From: Lama glama
Taxonomy: Eukaryota
Assembly (NCBI GenBank): GCA_028534125.1
Contig: CM052818.1
Coordinates: 43,588,001 to 43,652,000, forward strand
Reading direction: 5' to 3'
Length of the DNA: 64,000 bases
A program made the position numbers and the translations under genes. Position 1 is the stretch's first letter, and each line of letters starts with the position of its first letter. Of this stretch, positions 1 through 12,005 are shown one piece after another. Under the pieces are notes generated by a model. The model worked only from the letters and a program-made list of their open reading frames with translations, was not told the DNA's origin and ran no database searches.

Positions 1-1989
1 ACGTTAACATGCATCTGGGGTTAGTACCAGAGTGAGAATCAGAAACCTAGGAACTTTGCCCAAATTGCTGGGTAATCATGATCTAACCTGACATTGGAAA
101 ATAAATGCTCTTTCCCATGGGATTTATGATGAAGAGGGATTGCAGAAATGGGAACAACAGATTTCAAGTTCACAGGTTGATTTCGTGGTGGCTCTGGGTG
201 AACAGCATCTTGGCAGCGAAAGTGCAGGTGGCAACTGGGATTATGAAATGTAGACATATGCCTTTCTAGGTTATACGAGCAAACCTGAGCCAGCAACAGA
301 GTGTCAGCCCTACTGAAAGAAAATACATCCCAAGAATGCAATGACAGTGTACCAAGAGAGAAGTCCAGCCAATCTGGCCAAAAGGGCAATGCACAGTAGA
401 GACAAGGTGGGCACATTTCCAGTCTTATGGAAACAGCATTAATTTTGAATCCAGCCATCATGGGATACACTTCTCACATACTGCTTGCCTTAGTCGTGAA
501 TGATTCAAGAGCTGAGAGTTGCTGAACCCAAAGATGTAGGTTTCAGTGGAGACAGCTGGAAAAAGCAGGATCATTACTGGACCAGAGTGGAAGCCTGACA
601 TTTACTTTGTAGATATTGACTAATAGTTTTAGAGACTATGAAACTCGCTTAATTTAAGAAATCAGTGTTTTAGCAAGAAGTAAGAGACCAAGTGTTATGT
701 AAAAGCACAGAACATGTAGTATAGACCCAGAACTAGAACAACAAAAAATTAAGTATTTTCAAATGAAAACTGAAAGAAACCTGACTGCTACTTCTAGGTG
801 AGACTTTTACCAATTCCCTAGCATCTAGTGAAGAGTAACTAACAGTTAACAACATACCGAACATACATATAATGTTTGTTAATCATGAATGAATTTCTCC
901 CCCAGTGTGATGTCTTACTACATTACATATCCAAAGTTAAAAAGCAAACGGAACATAAATTCTAAGGGAATTTAAGGACTCTAAGTAAAGTTAGTTTCAG
1001 AGTTTCCAAGAACTATTTCAAATGAATAGGTCATACATTGACACACAGATATGTAAAAATCTAGATTGACCCATCCTCCCTGTCATTATATGTAGAGAAA
1101 TAGTTCACTTTTCCAAAATAAAGATTTTTGTCAAGAATATGATCCAGAGAAAGAGAAGTTGTTCTCTTAACCCCTTACTTATTTTTGTGACTCAGAAACA
1201 TATTATTACTCTTTTAGCCTTATATTCCTCTTTAAAAAACAAAAACAAAATCACTGTCACAACCCAGCTCACTGAGTTGTGAGATAGACAAATAGTAGGT
1301 AGATATGAAGTGGCTACGAAGTCTCACTACGCGGCTCTGTCAGGATCTGAGTTTGGCAGCACTGAAGCCTCTCGCCGTCAGGTAAGAGCTAGCACCCTCG
1401 CAGCTCAGCCACCTGCGCCTGACTGACAGTGAGCCCGGCTTCCGGACAATGCACACACAGTTTGTTCTTTCCTACTTCCCTATTTCTGCCTGCCTTTTCA
1501 AAAAGTAGGTGTATTTGATTTATTACCTCTTCTTCCACAGTTGATGACTTTCTCTTGAAACCAAAGGGGGAAATTAACACTAAGAAAGTGTTGTTTTCTT
1601 ATGAGTACTCTTAAAATTCTTATTTGCTATTTTATCAGTTAACTATGTCAAGTATCTGTGTTGAAAATAGAGACACATGAACACCCAGGTTTCATCATTT
1701 TTGGTATTTTGCCAGTGGACAGTTTAGTGTCTTATTACAAGCCACACAATTTCCAGCAATTGTGAAATCAAGAACATGGACATTACAAATTAGACTGCAT
1801 AAAACTCACAAAGCCAGTGAGCTATAACTTCCCTTTGTGGACATTTTCTGAGATTAAGTGAGGGAAAAAAGGCATGAGAAATTCACCAATTAAAGCGTCT
1901 TTAAATGTTGACATTGAAGGAGATTTCAGAGGATAGCTAATGCAATTAATTGCCATTATTCTCACCATTTTCTTTTGGACAGCTAATAC

Positions 1990-2200
1990 AGTGTAAGAAA
2001 GGAACTGCAGACTTTGAATTCAGAATGCTGTAAATCTAACACTTGGTTCCATTATGTGACAGATGTTTGAATTGGACAAATCATTTACCCCTCTGATTTT
2101 CAAACCTCTCGTACATATAAAGGTGAAAATGAGGCTTAATTTTAAGGCTGTTATGAAGATTATTAATACATAATTATATCAGTCCTTGGCACAGTGACAG
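1990..2200 (+). mobile_element. MIR SINE fragment
   Basis: Decayed MIR core (cagactttgaattcagaatgctg...ggacaaatcatttacccctctgattttcaaacctc...gttatgaagattatt). Confidence 0.6.
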
Positions 2201-2399
2201 AAACCAGCTCTCATTATTCATCATGAAGCTATGACTTGGGTGGTAGAGGTTTAACAAACTCTTAATTATACGTAATGCTTTATAGTTTCCGAAGCTCTAT
2301 TCATATACAATGGCTGTCCTAAATAAGGTCAATGAAAGGCATGACCGCAGCAGCTCACCTTTCCTGACTGTGTGCTATGTGATAGGAGCCACGCTAATC

Positions 2400-2600
2400 A
2401 TTTCACATCCATTTTTTCGTTTCATTTGAAAGCAGTTCTTTGATACAGGCATCATCAATATAAACCCTGATTTAGGGATAAGGAAACTGAAGCTTAGGGA
2501 GATGAAGCTGCTGAAAGTAGCTAGTAAGTGGCAAGTCAAAATTAAGTATCTAATTTCTGACACCAGAGCCTGAGTTTGTACGCACTGAGCAACACTACCT
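2400..2600 (-). mobile_element. MIR SINE fragment
   Basis: gataaggaaactgaagcttagggagatgaag...gtagctagtaagtggcaag, antisense MIR core. Confidence 0.65.
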
Positions 2601-3389
2601 GCTGAATCTCTGAATTAAACCAGAATATGACTCATACGAATGACACTGAGTTTGGATGAATTTAGTTAATACTTTTAATATTTAAGTATATTTTAAGGGA
2701 AGGTTTGGAAAACTCAAAATATATTTTCATACCATGCAATGACCTTTTGGAATTTGGAAGCTGCAAAATAATTGATAATCTTGTCCAATCAGTTTTCAAT
2801 ATAGGTACTATATTCATCATCAGATTTAAAGAGGCATATATGTTCATGCAAAAAAAAACCTTTGCTGGACTATATATATTTTGAGGGATATAGGTGAAAG
2901 AAATAGCTGAATATAAATTTAACTAATATGATGAAATACAATACGCTGGTAAATATTAGGTTAAACAATTCTCCTAGAGTTTCTTAAACTATTCTTTCTA
3001 ACAAAATGTAGATTATTTTCAGCATGGTATATGATTATGAATAAAGAAGGCATCTCTTTATTTGAATATGAATATTGGCTTTTAAGCATGTAATTCACTG
3101 AATTACAATTTACTTTGCATTTCCAAGGGTAAACTGCTGGTTCATAAAAAAAAGACTATTGCATAAATAAGTCTGTTGTGCAACACATAACAATGGTTAT
3201 AATTATGAATTAATGGCATTTTGGTTGCCTGTTTGTTACAAATTTGTGAATATATTTCTTATGGCTATTATTATCATGGTGTTTTATGCAGTTTCCTGAT
3301 ATGTGAAGACCTAAGTGCAACCATGGAAACCTCCTTCCTTCAGAATCCTTCAATTTAAAAATATATGTGTTGATTTCTAATTGCACCTG

Positions 3390-3745
3390 TTGATTCCCTG
3401 GGGAGAAAACTCTGAGCTGGAGAAGAGTGTGTGCAGAAAGTTCCCTGGGGGAGAACTCTAGTGATGAACATCTATGTTTGGGAGTGAAGCAGGGAGTGAC
3501 GGAGGACTTCTCTTTCTTGGCAGAAAGAGAAATACTCTGTGAAGCAGTAGCAACAAGGACTCAGAAAATCCTAAAGGGGGTTCAGGAGCTGGGAGAGGTG
3601 CAGAATTGTGCGAACTGAGGCAAGGTGACTGGCTCTTTTCTGTATCCCTCACAACCAGTCACTGGATGCAAGCTGCCTCCAGAAAGAAATCATGGCCTTG
3701 TGTGAGCTGAGTCTCCTCGGCTGGGGCCAGCTACCCAAAGGGGGC
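3390..3745 (-). mobile_element. LTR16A-like ERVL LTR fragment
   Basis: ttccctggggagaaaactctgagctggaga...gtgcagaaag...gaagcagtagcaacaaggactcag...caaccagtcactggatg matches the reverse complement of LTR16A as recalled. Confidence 0.7.
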
Positions 3746-3749
3746 ACAT

Positions 3750-4352
3750 GGTGGGAGCTACTCAGAGTGCCAATGGCATGTAGCCCTCAGTTGTCAGCTT
3801 CCCTTGCAGATGGCCTCAGGTGAAGAGAACCAACTTGTCCAAGGCCATGGCATATTCCTGAGTGACTTATGTCTAATGATTGATGGTTTTAGGGTATAAA
3901 AGCCTGACCCTTGGCTATGGACTAAATTATAGCCCTCCCCACCCACTATTTATATTTTGAAGCCTGAACTCCCTGCCCCTCCCCCCATGTGTCTATAATG
4001 AAGACAGGGCCTTTGAGGAGATTCTTAAGGTTAAGTGAGATCACTGATCTGGTGGAACTAGTGTTCTTATGAAAGAGAAAGAGAGACCAGAGCTCAGTCC
4101 TTCTCCCTCATGGGAGGGCACAGAGAGAAGGCAGCATTCTGAAAGCTGAAAAGAGAGACCTCCACAGAAACTGAACCCTGCCAGAGTCTTGATCTTAGAC
4201 GTCTCAGTCTCTAGAAGCAAGAGAAAATAAATTTCCGTCGTTAAGCCACCCAGGTTTGATACTTTGTTATGGCAGCCTGATCTGACCAAGACACCCTTTC
4301 ACTCTAACTTTCAAGAGTTCTGATCCTGTTTCCTAGGCATCCCAAACTTGAT
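3750..4352 (+). mobile_element. LTR16A-like 5' LTR of the ERVL provirus, internally deleted and split by an MLT1 insertion
   Basis: tagccctcagttgtcagc...ggcctcagg...ccaaggccatg...tctaatgattgatgg...gggtataaaagcctgaccc; the LTR end resumes after 4298 (cctgtttcctaggcatcccaaacttga). Confidence 0.7.
3913..4293 (+). mobile_element. MLT1A/B-type ERVL-MaLR solo LTR
   Basis: (g)gctatggactaaatt...gtcttgatcttagacgtctcagtctctagaa...aaaataaatttc...ttgttatggcagcctgatctgaccaagaca; perfect 5-bp TSD CCCTT at 3908-3912 and 4294-4298. Confidence 0.9.
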
Positions 4353-7300
4353 GGCTGGAACTGGAGAGGGTCCAAGAAAGCAGCTGCTGGGGTGGAATCT
4401 GGAGCTGGAACACCCGTTACCTAACAGGTAACGAGCAAGGAGGGCCACACTGCAAGTGGTAAGTAAAGCACATGTCACCTCTAGCACCACATGGTAATGG
4501 ACCTGTTGGAGCTTTACCACTGATGAACTAAGATTGTATACCCACGAAAAGAAATTCATTGGCTGGTGCAATTTATCAAGGACTTGAGAAACATGAGTGA
4601 ACCAGCAATTGTAAGAACAATGGGATCAGATGGGTATTTCTAAGAAAAACAAAATAATAAAAGGTAAGGAGTAGTTGAGATTAAGTAATTGGCCATTCAA
4701 AGCTAAATGTTAAATTCTGGGTACTTTTTCATTAGCATGTCAAAGGGACCCTCATCTCCTGCAGTGATAAGATAGAGAAAACTGAGGAATGGGACAAGAA
4801 CTTAATCTTAAGAGAAACTTAGCCCAAAAGAAAACTTTTAATGCAGGCAGATTTGCTATCCCAAAGTCACGACTCTGGTCAGAATGGAATGGGATCCTGA
4901 CATGTGGGTTGGAGATATCAGGGTTGATTTTCTTGAAAATAATGTCATCTTGGTTTCCTTGGAACCCTCTGAGTCTGCAAAAGTGGTACATAGAGGTCGT
5001 AACAAACATAGCGTTTGCCTAGTCGTATCTAGTGCACTGGCGAGAAGGACAACAGCGCCACTCAGAGGTCAGTGGTGGCTCTGCTTTGTAAGTCAAGGCT
5101 CACGGTAGGAGGTGCTGCCCTAGAACTGAAATTACCGTTGGCAGTGGACATGGCAGGACCACCACAGCAGCAGATGATAGGAAATACAACTCAGCCATCA
5201 GAAGCTAGGTCATCACAATTACTGCAAAGAGTGGCAAAACTGGAGGGGCAGCTAGATGGCCTGATCTGCTAGAAGTTAGAGGTGGTTAATAAATATGATG
5301 TCTTTAAAAGCAAAATGTACGAGCAGCTAAAAAGATACAACTCAGTCTGTACAATCAGTAGAAATCAAGGGTGGATAATCAAAAGTCTGAAGCTATCACT
5401 CCAATAATACATTAAGATCTCTTTCTCATTGTCAGTGTTTGAGTGGCCTTTCAGTCTGGGAATGAGTAGATTTAAGAAGAGACTGGGTCACCAGGAGGAG
5501 AGAACCTGAAACACTGCAAGTACACATATTGCTTCCTAGCCCTTACCTACTAGGAGCTAAGGCGATTTATTTGATTAACTGCACACTAGGTAAAGAGAAA
5601 TACTACAAACTTTTCAGCACTGTTGAACACAGAAACAAAGTTGACTGAAGTACCATCACGGCTTCCCTGTAGGAATGGGGCATTCTGAAGTCCAGTCATA
5701 AATGAAGTCCTGCTCCATGCCTGGCTTGTGGTGGTTTCATTGAATACTTGACCCACCCTCTTGTCATTTACTCACAAAATAGTCCTGTTTATTAGTACAA
5801 GTTCCAAAGGGCTCCCCAGTCTTTGGGATGACAGCTGTGATATTGAGGGTGGCTACATAGAAGCCTCTAAACTGATCCTCCCCACTTCAGCCAAGATAAA
5901 GGAAAAAAAGAAACACATCACATCTCAGGTTAAATGACAGAAATTGTATCACCTTTAAAGACCTCAAGGATATAGAATTTGTTTTCTTTTATATCTCTAT
6001 AAATTTCAACAATCCCTGCAAAAAGAGCATATGGAATCTGGAGAATAATAGTAGATTCCTGTAGACTCAAACACATAGTTACTAGCTCCAATTACTGCTG
6101 CTGTCCAGATGTGATATCCTGTCTAGAGAAGATTAATATGACCTTTGATACATGGACGACAGCCATTGGTGGAGAAAACGAGTTCATCCCTATCAGAAAA
6201 TAGGATTAGAAACTACTTGTATTTACACAGAATTGACAACAATGCACATTTCAAATTTTGCTCTGGAGTTCTGTTAAGTGTCCTGAATTCTGTCACAATA
6301 TAGCCCAAAGAGAGGCGAACCATCTGGCAGTTCCTAAACATAACGAATAGGTATATTATGTCAGTGAAACTGTACATTCAGACAAATGAGCAAGAAATGT
6401 CTAGCACGTCAGAGGTCTTGCTAAGACTTTTGTCCTCCAGAGGGTAGGAAATAAATGCTAATAAAACTCAAGGGCCTGCCACATCAGTGAAATTTTCAGA
6501 GGGAGCAGAGGTCTTTCTGGAGCATGCTCGCGTGTCCTTCAAAAGCAAAAGACAACTTACTCACTCTGCATTTCCAACAAGAGGGAAGAAGACACAATTC
6601 CTGGTAAGTTGCTTTCAGTTTCTGATGCATAATGTTATATTTAACCTCTGGAAATACTGTTTTGATCTGTATACTGAGTGACACAAACCTTTGCCAGCTT
6701 TGAAAGGAGCTAAAGGAGACAAAAGGTTTGCAGTAGGTGCAGGTTGGGCTAAAAGTAGCCCCAACGCTTGGCCCATATGACCCAGCAGATGTTGTGATGC
6801 TACCAGTACCACTGATGGGAAAAGACATTTTGAAGATTGTGTTATGAGCACCAATGGGAGACTTATAATGCTATCCAGCATGGTCAGAACTACTGTGGTT
6901 CTGGAGCAAGACCATGGCCAGCACATGATAGACTATACACATTTGAAAAAGACCCCTTGGGATGCTCTCAGGCTCTGCTAGAGTGAGGGGGCCTTACTGT
7001 GAGTCCTTACATGATCACGTAGCTGGAAATGCCCACCATAGGCTGGGTTTTATGAGATCCATCAAGTCGTAAGGTCAAGCGGTCCCAACAACCGAGTAGA
7101 TTAGATAGGATAACAGAGCTACAGGACTTCAGATGGTCTCTCCTGACCACTCAGTATTGGTACAGCGGACTCATCTAGTAAGTAGGCACAGAGGCTTGGT
7201 ATGGGTCCGGGAGTAGGAGCTCCCACTTTCCAAGACTTATGAGCTGCTGGTGTCACCAGATACCCAGCTCTCCTGCAGCAGAGACCAGCACTTCCAAAAA

Positions 7301-7685
7301 GACCAGCAGGTTTCCCGTTGGCAACTTCTTTACACAGGACACTTTCTATTTTAGAGGAAGCCACAGTTCAAATATTCTGGCCATGGTTTTGCCTTTCTTG
7401 TGCTTGGGGACTAAGCACCACTATTTAAGGACTTAGAGATTTTGTCCCAATGGTATGTGAGCCCACACGGCATCACATCAGTCCAAAAGATGCATTTGAA
7501 AGCCACAGAGGTGTGGGAATGGAACCCCAGCCTGGCCTGTGCTGGTGGTGTCACATGCCACTGCACAGACCCTCCCAGTCTAACACAAAGTGGAATAAGG
7601 CTGTTGAAGGCCCAGGCGAAGCACTGGTTTATAAGCAATACTCTGTGAGAAGGGGCAGTATCTTCCAGGATATGATATACTCTGT
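4353..7685 (+). mobile_element. ERVL-class (ERV3-16A3-like) internal region, decayed and 3'-truncated
   Basis: PBS-like gctggaactggagagggtcc right after the LTR, followed by gag-like and pro/pol-like decayed coding sequence. Confidence 0.85.
5600..7660 (+). pseudogene. pol: Retroviral pro-pol remnant (protease, RT, RNaseH, integrase) with many stops and frameshifts
   Basis: Decayed ERVL motifs in the expected order: GSWRMTVD-like (~6033), AAAVPDV (6095), YTFTVLPQG..SPALCHN-like (6243-6300), GWEINP.KIQGPATSVKF (6440-6500), integrase DTYSGYGFAF (7365-7397), ASDQGTHFTAKEVWQW-like (7475-7525), RWNGLLK-like (7590). Confidence 0.85.
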
Positions 7686-7900
7686 ATTTTTCCAGATTTA
7701 TTGAAGCATGGTTGACAAAAATTATACATATTTAAGGTTTACAATGTGATGTATACACAGTGAAATGATTACAACAAACTGATTAACACATGCATTACCT
7801 GGCATTATTATAACATAAGCATTACTGCGTGTTGTGAGATCTTAAGTTCTACTCTTAGCAAATTTCAAGTGCATAATACATTATTAATGTACATAGTATT
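7686..7900 (-). mobile_element. L1MA/MB-type LINE-1 3' end
   Basis: tttattgaagcatggttgacaaaaattatacatatttaaggtttacaatgtgatg...aagttctactcttagcaaatttcaagtgcataatac. Confidence 0.85.
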
Positions 7901-8375
7901 AGAAATATATGGGAAATGGTTCGTATATTCAGTTAATTGGTATGAGGGTAATTTAGGAGCTGTATTACTAGGTATTTATCATGGTGTCCAGTTACTCTCT
8001 GATAAGTAAAACACACATCCATGTGATTGATTTCCTTCGTAATGACATAAGGTAAAATTGAGTACCATGTCAACCTTAGGGATAGTTACACTTTGGGAAG
8101 AGGTTAATTGCCGTAGTACAATTATATGATTTCAGAGCTGTAAGAGGTTTTTGGAAGTATGTGACGGATCTTAGTATTTTACATAGTAGGAGGTAGACTC
8201 TCAGAGAACTCACAGAGATATTTCCTCACTTCCAGAACAGTGCTCTTTCTTCTCTTATCTCTCCTGCCCCATAAGAAGATACACAGTGTGCAACTGCTCA
8301 TCCTGCTAAGATGATTTTTCCAAAAATTGAGTCTGGTTTCAATCAATCTGGGTTTCTGAGTTGTTCTGTGATTCA

Positions 8376-8414
8376 GGTTTTTTGGTTTGTTTGTTTGTTT
8401 GTTTGTTTGTTTTA
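8376..8414. repeat. (GTTT)n microsatellite
   Basis: ggtttgtttgtttgtttgtttgtttgtttt. Confidence 0.95.
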
Positions 8415-8989
8415 TTGACTTGAAGAAAACCATTGTACTCTGCTGCTCCCGCTATCAGCGTTATCTTAGCTTCTTCACCTTCCTGGCTCTCTAAATACCT
8501 CATCAATACTTCACATCCTTTCCAGATTGTCCCATAAAGCAAGATAGGCTTTATGAGAAAAGCTGTTCAATACATGTTCAAACCAAATGATGGTTTATAT
8601 CCTTATTTTTGAGTGAGTGTTTTGGTACTTCTGCAAACATCTCTTCTGTTTAAGAGGTCTGGCTGTGAAGGTCTCTTGCCCCTCTTTCACTTTAGAGACT
8701 CTTCCGTTCCTGCCTGGCTGCCTTTCCTCCTGTGGGTCAGCAGGTCCGTGAAGCTGCGCATCACTGGACTGTGCTGTTCCCAGTCCTTACGGGTGAAATC
8801 ATTGTGCCAACTGAACAGGATCAGTTGTGTGTCTAGTCTTTCCCTGGCACAATGGATGACTAATTATTTAAATTTCATGACAAACTTGAAAGGATTTAAA
8901 CACTCAAAGGTATAGATGAGACAACCAGCACTTCGAGTTTAAGAAAATCACAGAGAAACAGTAGATAAGGTCACTCATGGCTTCCCAGC

Positions 8990-9720
8990 GAGCACTCATT
9001 TATTTATCACTTCTTTATTGAACAGACATTTATTGAACACTTACAATGTATTAGACAGTCTGCTAGTTACTAAGACACATGCAAGGAAGATGCATATGTC
9101 ATTGCCCTTAGTGAAATTACATTCCCTTGTTTGAGGCAGACTCTTAATCAATTAGATTACAGTGAGGTGTGAGAAAAGAGATGCAGAGAAAATAAGAGAG
9201 TATGGACTGTGTCCTGAGAAACCTTGATTTAAACAACAGGTAGAATACACAGAATGATTTGAAATGGAAAGCCCCAGAGTGAGTGGCATCATGGGAGCTG
9301 AAGTGAGGTTTGTGGTGAGGAAGTGAGGGGGAAAACAAAAGAAGGTGATCAGCAGAGGACGTGCCACTGAGGAAAGATATGATAAAGATTTGAAACGTAG
9401 GAGTTTATTGGGGCAGCCGAATGGGAGAATTTCACTAGAGATTTAAGAATTTGTGAAAAGGAGAGTAGAGAATGAAAGCTGAAGTGGGGCCCTGCATAAA
9501 AGTAGTCGTGGTGGTGGTTTTAATATCTGCCGTGCTTTTTAAGAAAAGACCATGCTGGTCTTTAAATGACTATAGGAAAAAAAAAATCAGAGAACAAGAG
9601 AGCAGATAGTGAATAAGGTAAATTCCCTGTGAAGGTGGACAACCAAGGAGCCAGAGCTCGAGTCTTAGGTGGCAGGATGGAGAGAAGGAGGGGCAGAGTC
9701 AGATCCTCTCTCGGTTTCAG
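8990..9720 (-). mobile_element. L2 LINE 3' fragment
   Basis: cattt...gaacagacatttattgaacacttacaatgt...ctgctag followed by a purine-rich antisense L2 body. Confidence 0.65.
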
Positions 9721-10940
9721 GAAATCAGATTAAAAAAAAGGGAGAAAGTAGCCTAGGACATTTGTAGAGGTTAAATAATTGAAGAAGTAGGTTGAAAGAA
9801 CAAAAGAGCAAACTTACTAGAAAAAAAATTACTGTCGGAACTCTCAGTCAATGTTTGAAGAAAAAAAAACATGGATTTTTAATAACATCACTCTGTGTGA
9901 TTATTTGATTTATCTCTTCTCTAGATGCCTAGCATTCAGGGCTCTCACGGGTAGATATTTCTTAAAATGTTTTGGCAGAAGGGGAAATAAAAAACGTAAA
10001 GGAAAAAAGTGGTACAAGACACGGGTGATATGTCAGTTAGAATACCAGATTTACATCCCAGTCATTTACAGAGCTACATAAAAAACAGACAAGCGATACA
10101 CAAGTTGTGATCTACCTTGTGGAAAAAGAGTCTTATTCCAAGAGTAAGGACTCTCATGAAACTCTGTTTACAGAGAAAAAAAAACCCACAGATCACTGGA
10201 TATACAATCAATGCATGGAACACTTTTAATAATCCTATAATCTCAGCACTTTGGATATGGATGTGAAGAAAGATAAAACTGATTACAGAAAGAAATATAG
10301 GACAAAAGGTTTTAATCACATTAAAGCACAGACATGGTGTTTCTAGTTGAGAGAAAGCAAAGAGTCTATAGCTTCAGAGTTTGAGTAGTTTAGATAATGC
10401 CAAGGCTCAGATTGAGCTCATAAAAATGAGAGAGAGGAATTAAATATAACATCTAATTTAGGTCAAGGAACTGAGAGACCACGGCATTAAATGGGCCTTC
10501 CAACCTCTTCTTGTTATTAGAAAGGAATCAACTCACTTGAGCTAATCAAATTCTCATCTTCAGTATCTTCATCCATGAAATGTGGGTTAGCACATCTATG
10601 ATTAATTTCAGCTCTAAACAGAGTATGACATTATGAATGTTATTCAAGTCTTATTATGATCTATGTACGCACAAAACTATTCCAGTGTTACTCCATCCTT
10701 GGAATCCCTTGCACCAAAAAATTTGATGCATTTATGTTGTTAATTCTGTTACCTAATTGTATTCATTGGCTTATAGAGAAAATTAGGGGGTTTAAGGAAG
10801 GAAAACTCCCCTTTAACATAGTAATTTTTACATCTGTGAGAGTCAGTGAGGCAGCACTGGATGTACATTTACTGAAGCAATCATAGAAATCATAAACACT
10901 TGTATTTTGTACTTGTTGTGTATTTATTCTATAAATTGGT

Positions 10941-11440
10941 NNNNNNNNNNNNNNNNNNNNNNNNNNNNNNNNNNNNNNNNNNNNNNNNNNNNNNNNNNNN
11001 NNNNNNNNNNNNNNNNNNNNNNNNNNNNNNNNNNNNNNNNNNNNNNNNNNNNNNNNNNNNNNNNNNNNNNNNNNNNNNNNNNNNNNNNNNNNNNNNNNNN
11101 NNNNNNNNNNNNNNNNNNNNNNNNNNNNNNNNNNNNNNNNNNNNNNNNNNNNNNNNNNNNNNNNNNNNNNNNNNNNNNNNNNNNNNNNNNNNNNNNNNNN
11201 NNNNNNNNNNNNNNNNNNNNNNNNNNNNNNNNNNNNNNNNNNNNNNNNNNNNNNNNNNNNNNNNNNNNNNNNNNNNNNNNNNNNNNNNNNNNNNNNNNNN
11301 NNNNNNNNNNNNNNNNNNNNNNNNNNNNNNNNNNNNNNNNNNNNNNNNNNNNNNNNNNNNNNNNNNNNNNNNNNNNNNNNNNNNNNNNNNNNNNNNNNNN
11401 NNNNNNNNNNNNNNNNNNNNNNNNNNNNNNNNNNNNNNNN
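10941..11440. other. Assembly gap of exactly 500 N
   Basis: Run of n characters. Confidence 1.
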
Positions 11441-11614
11441 AAAAACACTTTTGAAAAGGAAGAGAAAGGAGTCGCTATTCTTGAAAGCCCCCTCTACCGT
11501 GGCCCTCCCGTGGACCACTACTCTAAAGCCCGGTAGCACACGCAGAGTAGTTATTTCAGGACTCTGACAAGTAAATAGGAATAGGAATGTTGGGAGTGAA
11601 GCCAGAATTCTGAA

Positions 11615-12005
11615 TTTTTTTAGACTGACTTGTGTTCCCTGCAAATTTATATGTTGAAGTCCTAACCCCCAATGGGACTGTACTTGGAGACAGGGCCTTC
11701 TGGAGGTAATTAAAAATAAAGAGATCCTTTAAGGAGCTAATAAGGGCGAGATCCTAATCCAGCAGGACTGGTGTCCTTGTGAGAAGAAGCAGCAAGACAG
11801 CAGTGTGTGCAGAGAGGAAAGGCCATGTGAGGGCACAGCGAGAAGGCAGGGCCTACAAGCCGAGGACAGAGGCCCCATCAGAAGCCGCCCCTGCCCACGC
11901 CTTGATCTTGGACTTCCAGCATCCAGGCCTACGAGAAATCAGTTTTTATCGTGAAACCACCCTCTCTGTGGTATTCTGTTATGGTAGCCTGAGAGGACAA
12001 AAGGA
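11615..12005 (+). mobile_element. MLT1A/B-type MaLR solo LTR
   Basis: gactgacttgtgttccctgcaaatttatatgttgaagtcctaacccccaat...ccttgatcttggacttccagc...gtggtattctgttatggtagcc. Confidence 0.9.

Noticed and set aside
4311..7704. Many 60-110 aa ORFs as a possible domesticated retroviral gene
   Set aside because: gag/pol motifs are scattered across frames with stops, the RT catalytic YxDD motif is lost, and no long intact frame exists
10763..11644. Four long ORFs (174-293 aa) in the ORF track
   Set aside because: They are long only because they run through the N gap
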